From Candidatus Dadabacteria bacterium (GTDB lineage Bacteria > Desulfobacterota_D > UBA1144 > Nemesobacterales > CSP1-2): 64,000 nucleotides of DNA. The stretch is taken from contig CAWDVW010000007.1 of assembly GCA_963805855.1 (NCBI GenBank), positions 480,001 through 544,000 on the forward strand. The letters run 5' to 3'. A program made the position numbers and the translations under genes. Under the pieces are notes generated by a model. It was not told the DNA's origin. It made no database searches and was given only the letters and a program-made list of their open reading frames with translations. This document shows positions 8,772 through 16,921 of this stretch, one piece after another (positions within the stretch are counted from its first letter, which is position 1; each line of letters starts with the position of its first letter).

Positions 8772-10819
8772 TTCTCAGTAAACTTTATAATATTCCAACC
8801 CTCTGTCAAGTTGTGGATTGAAATCAGATCAGCGCATCGCTTCCTGTAAAATTCCGAAGGTCCATCCCCGGGATACTTCTTAAGTATTTCATCGAACATT
8901 TCCACGGCTTCCTTAAATTTCTGCCCATTGTGATACTGCATGCCCTGATGATAGAGCTCCACGATGCTCCTCTTTCCTGGATCGGTATCCTTTTCTTCAC
9001 CCATGAGTTCAAATATCCTAATTGGCAACTCCTTACCCTTTACCGCAATGGAGCCAAGCTCCCTTGTAAAAAATGTGTTATTCGTTTTTTTAATTGTTTC
9101 TTCACTTATGATTACCCTTGTCTTAAAGAATTTATTGACAGATTCAAGCCTTGACGCCAGGTTTACCGTGTCCCCTATTACGGTAAAGTGAAAAAGCCTG
9201 TCGCTCCCAATATTTCCAGCTATAGCCTCGCCGGTGTGTATACCAATTCTTATGTTCAAGTCCGCCAAACCCTCGCTACGGAATCCCTCATTTAATTCGT
9301 TAATAGCCTCCATACACTGAATTGCAGAATAACATGCGTTTAGTTCGTCATTATCTCTTTCAAAGGGTGCACCCCAGAAGGCCATCACACAATCGCCTAT
9401 GTATTTGTCAATTACCCCCTGATTGCGAATTATGACATCGGTGAGTGAATTCAGAACCGTATGTAACAATGTGGCTATTTTCTCGGGCGTTGTCTTCTCC
9501 GACATTGTTGTAAATCCCGCAATGTCGGCAAAAAACACGGTGACGCGCTTTTCCTGACCACCCGGCTTGATAAGAGAGGGATTGTCCAGCAGGAAATCTG
9601 CTATTTTTTTATCCATGTATTGCGAGATGGTGTTCTTAAGAAAAATTCTCTGTCTTCCCTCAGTGGCGTAACTATATGCAACGGCAATCATAAAGCTAAC
9701 CGTAAGTGAAGATATAGGAGGTATTATCATCATATAGATTGCATTTTTAAATAATAAGACATCGATTAAAACTATGACGGACAAAGTTACCAAGAAAAGG
9801 GAGAGATTTATGACCAGTGAGTGGCGTTTTATAACAGAGTAACTGACAAGAAGACAGATTAGGAACATAAAGGCAAGGACGAAAACGTTGTCAACAGGTC
9901 TTATGAGGCTCGCGTTGATGATGTTGTCAATAGTAGTTGCATGAATTAAAACACCTGTGGAAATAGGAGAAATAGAGGTTGGTTTAAGGTCGTATAGACC
10001 TGCGGCAGTGAGCCCTAAAAATACTATCTTGTCTTTAAAAAAATCCTCTTTTATAGGAGGCGTTTTTGATGAGTTAACATCGAGGTAGGACTTTAATATT
10101 TCAGAAGCTGAAAAGGTCTTGAATGGATTATTATTTTTATAATATCTGAGCAGGAGTCTTCCATCCACAAGAGGAATTTCCTTATCATTAACATTGATCC
10201 TGTTTTTCATGATTTTCACGATACCCTTATCAAGCAGGTAACTGAGCACAAAATGAGGGATTAGAAATTCACGTAACTGAAAAATAAGAGGTATCCTTCG
10301 ATACACTCCGTCATCGTCGGGAGAAATTGTGACGTTTCCTGAACCCTTGATAGATTTCCTCAAGACGTCTATCGGATAAACTATAGAATTGAACCTAAGG
10401 GCTGTGGAGATTTCATCCCTGATCGCTAAATGATCCAAAAATTCCTTATCCTCTGAGGTGATCAATTCGTCTTTCTTTGAAAGAAAGATGGGAAGATAGA
10501 CATTATTTGCCTTTTTAATCGCTTCTGAAAAAATCAAATCGTCCTCTTCACCATATGACGAAGGCTCGGTAAAGAGAATATCTATGAATAGAGCTTCCGC
10601 CTTAGACAGATACTCTACTATCGGGGCGTATATCTGCCTTGGCCATGGCCAGGTTATGCCTTCTTTGCTCAAGGCGTTTATGCTTTCCTGATCGACCTGA
10701 ACAATCACTATCTTTTCCAGTTCACCGGTTGGATTAAGAGACCTTGAAAACAGGTCAAAGGCTTTAAGCTCAAATAAACCTAAGGCGCCTGATAGAAAGA
10801 TTATTAAAGAGACGATCAA
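8768..10819 (-). CDS. CHASE2-domain class III adenylate cyclase (true start probably further upstream, near 10882)
   Basis: CHASE2 motifs (IVIVQVDQES, WPWPR, DILFTEPS, DDDGVYRRIPL, GVLIHA); three TM helices; cyclase motifs FADIAGFT, DKYIGDCVMAFW, IGIHTG, FTVIGDTVNLASRLE; TPR-like C-terminus. Confidence 0.93.
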   Translation of the reverse strand: MIVSLIIFLSGALGLFELKAFDLFSRSLNPTGELEKIVIVQVDQESINALSKEGITWPWPRQIYAPIVEYLSKAEALFIDILFTEPSSYGEEDDLIFSEAIKKANNVYLPIFLSKKDELITSEDKEFLDHLAIRDEISTALRFNSIVYPIDVLRKSIKGSGNVTISPDDDGVYRRIPLIFQLREFLIPHFVLSYLLDKGIVKIMKNRINVNDKEIPLVDGRLLLRYYKNNNPFKTFSASEILKSYLDVNSSKTPPIKEDFFKDKIVFLGLTAAGLYDLKPTSISPISTGVLIHATTIDNIINASLIRPVDNVFVLAFMFLICLLVSYSVIKRHSLVINLSLFLVTLSVIVLIDVLLFKNAIYMMIIPPISSLTVSFMIAVAYSYATEGRQRIFLKNTISQYMDKKIADFLLDNPSLIKPGGQEKRVTVFFADIAGFTTMSEKTTPEKIATLLHTVLNSLTDVIIRNQGVIDKYIGDCVMAFWGAPFERDNDELNACYSAIQCMEAINELNEGFRSEGLADLNIRIGIHTGEAIAGNIGSDRLFHFTVIGDTVNLASRLESVNKFFKTRVIISEETIKKTNNTFFTRELGSIAVKGKELPIRIFELMGEEKDTDPGKRSIVELYHQGMQYHNGQKFKEAVEMFDEILKKYPGDGPSEFYRKRCADLISIHNLTEGWNIIKFTEK

Positions 10820-11165
10820 AGAAGAAAAAGTTAGAAATAATACCTTTCGAATATTATTATTAATAAAAGTTTTGATCTTAATTCTACCTATCCCAAGCTA
10901 TATTAGCTCCAACTCAATCGGACAATCGTTTTCATACTACATATTTGAGTGCAGGCCATAATCGCGGTCTTTTCGTTCAAAATATAGATAGTGCCAGGCC
11001 TTGACATTTGACGTAAAGTAACATCGCTTATCTCCTTGTCGTGAGATGTTTAGCCCCTCTGTCTCTGACAAAACCCCGCTTAGTGTCGCTAAAACCGCCG
11101 ATGGCTAAAGCAATTCAACTATATCATCCGAAAATTCCACGCTAAAGTGGGGCATTTTAAGTCCA

Positions 11166-11194
11166 ATTATAACAAATAGGAAAACCAGTGTCAC
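11166..11194 (-). promoter_or_regulatory. Sigma70-type promoter, copy B, upstream of the cyclase module
   Basis: Minus strand reads GTGACA-N17-TATAAT, with an extended -10 (TGtTATAAT). Confidence 0.6.
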
Positions 11195-11363
11195 ACCTCG
11201 ACTATGGACAAGTGGGAGTTCTTGCAATTATTAAAGCCAGCTATTTCGTGGGCAGAATTATTACCATTTCATGAATAGATTTGTTTTCATTAATCCCTTT
11301 CAGCATGAAAAGGGTTTAAACTGCACTCCAAAAATTGCGTTAAGAGGATGAATGACGTAGTCA

Positions 11364-11466
11364 GTCATGCTGAGCTTGTTTCAGTACCTAGACAAAGAAG
11401 TTAGGAAGAGAAGTAAGATAAATGAATATAGTACCTGGAAAGATTCCGACAAGGTTAGGAAATGAC
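11364..11466. repeat. Inverted pair of REP-like palindromes
   Basis: GTCATGCTGAGCTTGTTTCAGTACCT (11364-11389) faces AGATTCCGACAAGGTTAGGAAATGAC (11441-11466); GTCAT...ATGAC ends. Confidence 0.5.
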
Positions 11467-11481
11467 GCGCATTTCCCCATA

Positions 11482-11748
11482 CTATTTCAATAGATTAATA
11501 ATTGCTAACACGATCGCTGCTAATCCCAGAATAAGGCTGCTTATAACCATAAAACGTATATTTGCCATGACCCTCGTTATATCCTGTAGTTGGTTTGCAA
11601 TGTCCTTAATTAACTCTGCTTCCTGTTTGTCATCTTTTCTTTTAGAATCATAGAACTTCCGAGCTTCTTCCACGATTGTAGGTGCATGCCTGAGCACCTT
11701 TTCCCACGGGACAAACCTGATTGCTATCGGTATCAACTTCCACGACAT
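11482..11748 (-). CDS. Small hypothetical protein (helical N-terminus, C-terminal TM helix)
   Basis: ATG with GGAG upstream; VPWEKVLRHAPTIVEEARKFY, charged coiled-coil-like middle, hydrophobic C-terminus. Confidence 0.65.
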   Translation of the reverse strand: MSWKLIPIAIRFVPWEKVLRHAPTIVEEARKFYDSKRKDDKQEAELIKDIANQLQDITRVMANIRFMVISSLILGLAAIVLAIINLLK

Positions 11749-12035
11749 TTTGAAAACAACTCCATAACTCGTTTAATACTGCTGCTAACTATACAGTATA
11801 TCACCAACATTATGATCAGAACACCAGTTTCAAGCCAGTCCTTGGAAATAAAACTGCGAGCGATTGTATAGGACCGGGACTATGAACAGTTCGAATATGA
11901 CGTGAAGCATTTTAAAACCACAATGAATGAGACTTCTTCGACTCTTCGACATTCCTCAGGGTTTGTCGCGGATAACCAATTGGATTCCCGACTACGGATG
12001 TCCGGAGTTATCTGGTAAGGGAATAGATGAGCGAA

Positions 12036-13307
12036 TCAAATCTCCATGTCTAAAACTAAACCGGACCAGGTAAATCGCTCCGCCCCATAACCCTTGCCTG
12101 TGAAGGGATTGTAATATTCCCAAAAACCACTCCTCTCAATAAGAGTTATCACAACTTCACGCAGCTTCGTGGCCTCGTCGACAAACCCTTCTTCTTTCAG
12201 ACAACGGAAAAGAAACCAATTATAAAAAGCCCATGTCGGACCGCGCCATAAAAATTCCTGCCCCCTGAACTGCTGCCTTTCGGGAACAAAGGATTTTTCC
12301 GACTTTGAAACGGAGGGAATAGGAAATGGGAGAGCGAAATGCTCCTCCGATTTCAAGTAACGCATTATCATCCTTTTAGATAATTCGGTTGGAACCTTCG
12401 GAAGCGCCATCGGGAATAATACTGTGGGTGTAATAACCTTTAACTTTACGTTATCATGACCGTAAACGTCATAAAACGCATCATCAGCTTCATCGTACAT
12501 CACCTCAAGCATCCGCGTCGACATCCTTACTGCATGTGCCTTATAACTCTCTCCATCACCATCATTTGCGATCTCACAAAGCCTGCTAAGTGCATAAAGA
12601 TCAAGCGCATTTATAGTATTAACCGCAACATCCTTTACAAGGAAGCGATTGGCATTCTTAATTCTTTGAAGATCGTACCTATCGAGGAAATTTCTAAGTT
12701 GAGAATAAACCATTTTAAAATACAATTTCCAATTTGCCGGTCCACCGGAAAATTTCAATACCTCGTCATATGAAGGTTTCCAATCGATTCCAGATTCAAC
12801 GGGTGCTATGATTGTAATCAGGCTATCTCCGTCAAAAGTGCGGTTGGAAGTCACCCATTTGTGGTATTTCTTTATCTTGGGCAGCATCAATGTCAAAAAT
12901 TCCCTGTCTCCAGTTTTTTCAAAAATCCTTTCCAGGGACTGGGCCACAAAACTGGGTTGAATAAGCGCACTCATGTGAGGCCTTAAATACCCTCGAGGGC
13001 GCTTTGCTTCTATAATGGTGAATATATTTTTAGGTAATAAGAGCTGCCAATAAACCATATGCCCTACAAAACCGTCGGGCTCCTGCATAGCGAAAAGACT
13101 CATCAGATTTTGCTTTGCAAGCTCGTATTCTCCCAGGGCGCAAAGGATGTAAATATGAAAACACGTATCCCACCACCATTGGTAAGGATACCTCTCGAAA
13201 GAAGGTTTGTTATAAACATAATGGGTCTTCAGATAATGAGAATAACCCGCCTGAAGGTTTAGAAACATTATATCTCTTACTTTCTTCCTTAGCTCGAGTT
13301 CATCCAT
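12036..13307 (-). CDS. GH63-like / MGH1-like (alpha/alpha)6 glycoside hydrolase
   Basis: YPYQWWWDTCFH, ESGIDW, LWRGPTW and FWEYYNP..G.G...FTWS motifs of mannosyl/glucosylglycerate hydrolase and trehalase-like families. Confidence 0.85.
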   Translation of the reverse strand: MDELELRKKVRDIMFLNLQAGYSHYLKTHYVYNKPSFERYPYQWWWDTCFHIYILCALGEYELAKQNLMSLFAMQEPDGFVGHMVYWQLLLPKNIFTIIEAKRPRGYLRPHMSALIQPSFVAQSLERIFEKTGDREFLTLMLPKIKKYHKWVTSNRTFDGDSLITIIAPVESGIDWKPSYDEVLKFSGGPANWKLYFKMVYSQLRNFLDRYDLQRIKNANRFLVKDVAVNTINALDLYALSRLCEIANDGDGESYKAHAVRMSTRMLEVMYDEADDAFYDVYGHDNVKLKVITPTVLFPMALPKVPTELSKRMIMRYLKSEEHFALPFPIPSVSKSEKSFVPERQQFRGQEFLWRGPTWAFYNWFLFRCLKEEGFVDEATKLREVVITLIERSGFWEYYNPFTGKGYGAERFTWSGLVLDMEI

Positions 13308-13423
13308 TTAATTCTCTCAAAATGAAAGGGTCTGCTGCCTGCCAATTGACAGGTAACTTAAGTATAGAGACCATTCATGACACTTAATCGCAAACACTAG
13401 CCTTAATCCCTTTTTCTATAAAT

Positions 13424-14323
13424 TTAGAACTGAGAAACCGCCGGAATCACTTCTCTACCAAATACTTCAAGAGGGGTGATCTCGTGCACGTTTTGTATAC
13501 TATAAATGACATGCTGGATGCCTATTCCGGCAAGGATACGGCAATTTTTGATAATATGCGAGGAATTCGATGAATCCGGAGCAATTTTTACAGAATCGAT
13601 AACAGTGCGTTCTATTTCATTGTACGGTCGACCTAACTCCTGACAGTGCTGGTTCAAAACATCGAGCTTGTGAGCCATCTCTTCAACCGTATTGCCAAAT
13701 GCAAGCCCATAGAGATTACAGGCATCTCCATATTTGGCTACCAAGCGGAGGGTCTTTTTTTCGCCCGAACCACCTATAAGGATCGGCGGATGCGGTTTGG
13801 TAATTGGCTGTGGATTATTTAATGGCTCAGTTAACTTATAGTGTTTGCCGTCATAGACCATCGTTTCCTCTGACCACATCTGTTTTGCTATCTGTAACGT
13901 CTGCTCGAGGCGTTCAAAGCGCTCTTTTAGTGGAGGGAACAGAAGCCCTAATCCCCTGGCCTCGCGTTCATACCATGCGGCACCGATACCCAGATTTGCC
14001 CTCCCTCGGGATAAAATATCGAGAGATGTAACAGCCTTCACCAATAAACCAGGGTCTCTATAAACCACCCCTGTCACCATAGCTCCAAGGCGTGCTGTTT
14101 TTGTTTTTGCTGCTAGAAAGCCAAGAGTGCTGTATGCTTCCAACATGGGATCATCTGCAAACATGTCGAACTTCTCCATATCAATCTGAAATAGGTGATC
14201 CATGACCCAGATGCTGGAAAAACCCACCTCGTCAGCGGTCTGAGCAATCTCCGAAAGCTTGTCTGCTATAACAGAAGATCCTTCAGGAAATTTGAAGCTT
14301 ATGATCTGCAATCCTATCTTCAT
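13424..14323 (-). CDS. LLM-class (probably F420-dependent) oxidoreductase, Rv1855c-like
   Basis: WVMDHLFQI, LEAYSTLGFLAA, LDILSRGRANLGIGAAW, ILIGGSGEKKTLRLVAKYGDACN. Confidence 0.88.
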   Translation of the reverse strand: MKIGLQIISFKFPEGSSVIADKLSEIAQTADEVGFSSIWVMDHLFQIDMEKFDMFADDPMLEAYSTLGFLAAKTKTARLGAMVTGVVYRDPGLLVKAVTSLDILSRGRANLGIGAAWYEREARGLGLLFPPLKERFERLEQTLQIAKQMWSEETMVYDGKHYKLTEPLNNPQPITKPHPPILIGGSGEKKTLRLVAKYGDACNLYGLAFGNTVEEMAHKLDVLNQHCQELGRPYNEIERTVIDSVKIAPDSSNSSHIIKNCRILAGIGIQHVIYSIQNVHEITPLEVFGREVIPAVSQF

Positions 14324-14469
14324 GATATTACCCCTTTTAACTTTATGGAAACCATGCTAAGTATAAACGAAACCAAACCTTTTTCATTCACGGATTGGCA
14401 ACTACCGATTTTTGGATTTGCACGGGAGTGCTAGCTCTTGGTGATATCTCTGCGCTCGAGCCTGGGATG

Positions 14470-14649
14470 GGTTTGCCTCGGCACTGAGTTTATACTCAGA
14501 GAATCGAATTGGTTCTCGCTTTACTGTAGATGTTAGATATTTAGTGGGCAAAATCCAAAAAGTAATAAATTTCGCGGAAATTTACTCTTCCGTCATCCTC
14601 GGATGTGCCCCGCCTGCGACATGCGGGGACGAGCTTAACCGGGGATCCA
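14470..14649. repeat. Cluster of REP-like palindromes
   Basis: CTGAGT-TTAT-ACTCAG hairpin at 14484-14499; GTCATCCTCGG...CCGGGGATCCA (14592-14649) with a nested CCCCGC/GCGGGG hairpin. Confidence 0.5.
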
Positions 14650-14665
14650 TGGTTTAATTTTTTAT

Positions 14666-14829
14666 TTTCTTTGTCTTGATACAAAGAAACAAAAATCAAG
14701 GGCTGACAAAAAATTAGGAATTATTAAATCAATTCCTTCAGCTAAAAATATTTAATCCAACCACGACCCCAAATCTTTTCTTAACGCTTCCGGAATTGAT
14801 TTTGGCAATTTTTTGAATGCCCATCTAAA
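14666..14829 (+). repeat. Structured dispersed repeat / candidate ncRNA, copy 2
   Basis: 8 substitutions versus copy 1 over 164 nt, including a compensatory C-G to T-A change at the base of the first stem. Confidence 0.85.
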
Positions 14830-15000
14830 ATCCAAGATACTGTCACCGAATTATGTAACATCTAAACCGTACAATGTTAGGCTGGTCAATGGCAGAAGGA
14901 GGATTATAACCTTCGTAACTTCCCAACAATTCTAAATAATTCCTTGACAACCCTACAATTAAAGGTAATCATAATTTGTTATTCACAAGAGAGTTTACTG

Positions 15001-16287
15001 ATGAGCTTTGTAAAAGGACTATTCTGTAAGGAATGTGGTGATGACTATCCGAAGGAACCACTCCACGTGTGTGAATTCTGTTTTGGGCCGCTCGAGGTAA
15101 GTTATGATTATGATGAAATAAAAAAGGTTCTAACAAGGGAGGAAATAGAGCAGAGAAAGCAAGACATATGGCGCTATGCCGAGCTCCTTCCCATTGATGA
15201 ACGACCAAGTATTGGGAAAGATGTCGGTTTCACACCCCTTATCAGAGCCAACAATTTGGCAGAAGTGCTGGGAGTCAGAGAATTATACATCAAAAACGAT
15301 TCTGTATGCTTTCCAACACTTTCATTTAAGGACAGGGTTGTCTCTGTCGCCCTATCAAAGGCCAAGGAATTTGGTTTCGACACTGTAGCATGTGCATCAA
15401 CCGGGAATTTGGCAAATGCTGTTTCTTCTCTATCTTCTTCTGGAAACCTAGAAAGCTTTATTTTCATTCCCTATGACCTGGAACTGGCCAAGATCATCGG
15501 AACGACCGTTTATGGAACGCATCTCATTGGAATACAGGGTAGCTATGACGATGTCAATCGTCTTTGCAGCGAGATTGCTGGTAGATTTGGCTGGGGTTTC
15601 GTGAACATCAATTTGCGTCCATATTATGCTGAGGGATCTAAATCCCTGGGTTTTGAGATCATGGAGCAACTCGGCTGGAGAGTTCCGAAGCATTTTGTCG
15701 TTCCAATGGCAAGTGGATCATTACTAACAAAAATTTGGAAATCCGTAAAGGAGTTTGAGAAGCTAGATCTTGTAGATATGACTGAAACTAGGATCCACGG
15801 AGCACAGGCTAAAGGGTGTTCGCCAATCAGTACTGCCGTGAAAAATGGCTGGGAGATCTTCAAGCCACAAAAACCAGATACAATTGCTAAATCCCTAGCG
15901 ATTGGAACCCCCGCTGATGGCTATTTCGCGATGAGTGTGATAAAAGAAAGTGGTGGTTGGAGTGAAGACGTCACAGATGATGAAATAGTCGATGGTATCA
16001 AACTCCTCGCTGAGACTGAAGGAATCTTTACTGAGACAGCTGGGGGTGTGACAATGGCTGTTACTAAAAAACTCATTGATCAGGGATTTATCGCTAAGGA
16101 TGAATCAGTTGTGGTATGCATAACAGGCAATGGGCTCAAAACCCAGGAGGCGGTTAGGGATAGCTTGGCAGTACCTCAAATTATTGACCCCAATATTGAG
16201 GAATTTGAAGAGCTTTACTGGAGTATAAAAAGCAACGATAAAGGAGGTATTCAACATGCCGTCAGTAAGAATACCCACTCCACTTAG
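15001..16287 (+). CDS. thrC: Threonine synthase-like PLP enzyme with N-terminal Zn ribbon
   Basis: CKECG...CEFC ribbon; PTLSFKDR (PLP lysine), [36 protein letters not shown] at 15001 is preferred over the ORF-track TTG at 14944. Confidence 0.85.
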   Translation: MSFVKGLFCKECGDDYPKEPLHVCEFCFGPLEVSYDYDEIKKVLTREEIEQRKQDIWRYAELLPIDERPSIGKDVGFTPLIRANNLAEVLGVRELYIKNDSVCFPTLSFKDRVVSVALSKAKEFGFDTVACASTGNLANAVSSLSSSGNLESFIFIPYDLELAKIIGTTVYGTHLIGIQGSYDDVNRLCSEIAGRFGWGFVNINLRPYYAEGSKSLGFEIMEQLGWRVPKHFVVPMASGSLLTKIWKSVKEFEKLDLVDMTETRIHGAQAKGCSPISTAVKNGWEIFKPQKPDTIAKSLAIGTPADGYFAMSVIKESGGWSEDVTDDEIVDGIKLLAETEGIFTETAGGVTMAVTKKLIDQGFIAKDESVVVCITGNGLKTQEAVRDSLAVPQIIDPNIEEFEELYWSIKSNDKGGIQHAVSKNTHST

Positions 16288-16531
16288 GAGGTTAACAGGG
16301 GAAAAAGATGAAGTTTTGGTGGAAGCCGCAACGATTGGAAATTTGATTGAGGCGCTTGAGAGTCAGTTTCCTGGAATTAAGCAAAGGCTATGCGATGAAG
16401 ATGGCAACGTCAGGAGATTTATAAATCTTTACGTGAATAATGAGGATATTAGGTTTTTAAAGGGGACTGACACCGAGCTTCAGGACACGGACATCGTCTC
16501 GATTATTCCAGCAATTGCCGGTGGGCATTAA
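16256..16531 (+). CDS. MoaD/ThiS/CysO-family ubiquitin-like sulfur carrier
   Basis: [25 protein letters not shown]-terminal IIPAIAGG+H; SD AAGGAGG. Confidence 0.92.
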   Translation: MPSVRIPTPLRRLTGEKDEVLVEAATIGNLIEALESQFPGIKQRLCDEDGNVRRFINLYVNNEDIRFLKGTDTELQDTDIVSIIPAIAGGH

Positions 16532-16590
16532 AGCGACAATTTTCACCAACGCAATCCAATGTAGTTACCGTTTCCGAAAGCGTGTTATTA

Positions 16591-16745
16591 CTTCTTTGTC
16601 TTGATACAAAGAAGCAAAAATCAAGGCTGTCCAAAAATTTGCTAAACATCATAAACTCCGACTAAAAAATCTAATTCAACCACAACCCGCAAATTTTTCT
16701 ATACGTCTTCGTTTCTGATTTTCTAAACGCAATTTTCGGAATGCC
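16591..16745 (+). repeat. Structured dispersed repeat / candidate ncRNA, copy 3 (diverged)
   Basis: First 36 nt identical to copy 1; conserved central AATTCAACCACAACCC; stem sequences differ but remain largely complementary. Confidence 0.75.
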
Positions 16746-16921
16746 AGTCAATTTTTTTGTAATGACGAAAGAATAGAATAATTACAATAACATAAGCCAA
16801 TAAACTAATGCGATCTACGACATTATTGCAATATCTCGCCTAAGTATTTGCAATATATGTGATGCACGATTAATTGGGAATCTAAGACCTTACATGAGGT
16901 ATTGGTCGCTATTTACCTATA

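Noticed and set aside
14408-14434. GAGTGCTAG, a CIRCE-like right half site
   Set aside because: No left half site at 9-nt spacing, and it is not upstream of a chaperone gene.
14944-15000. N-terminal extension of thrC from the ORF track
   Set aside because: The TTG is part of a TTGACA promoter-like hexamer; recognisable protein starts at ATG 15001.
6989-16745. The three 36-nt conserved blocks as CRISPR repeats
   Set aside because: They are kilobases apart, are not separated by spacers, have no cas genes, and belong to longer structured elements.
16824-16856. TATTGCAATA palindrome and a nearby near-repeat
   Set aside because: Short, AT-rich and located between convergent genes; compatible with chance.
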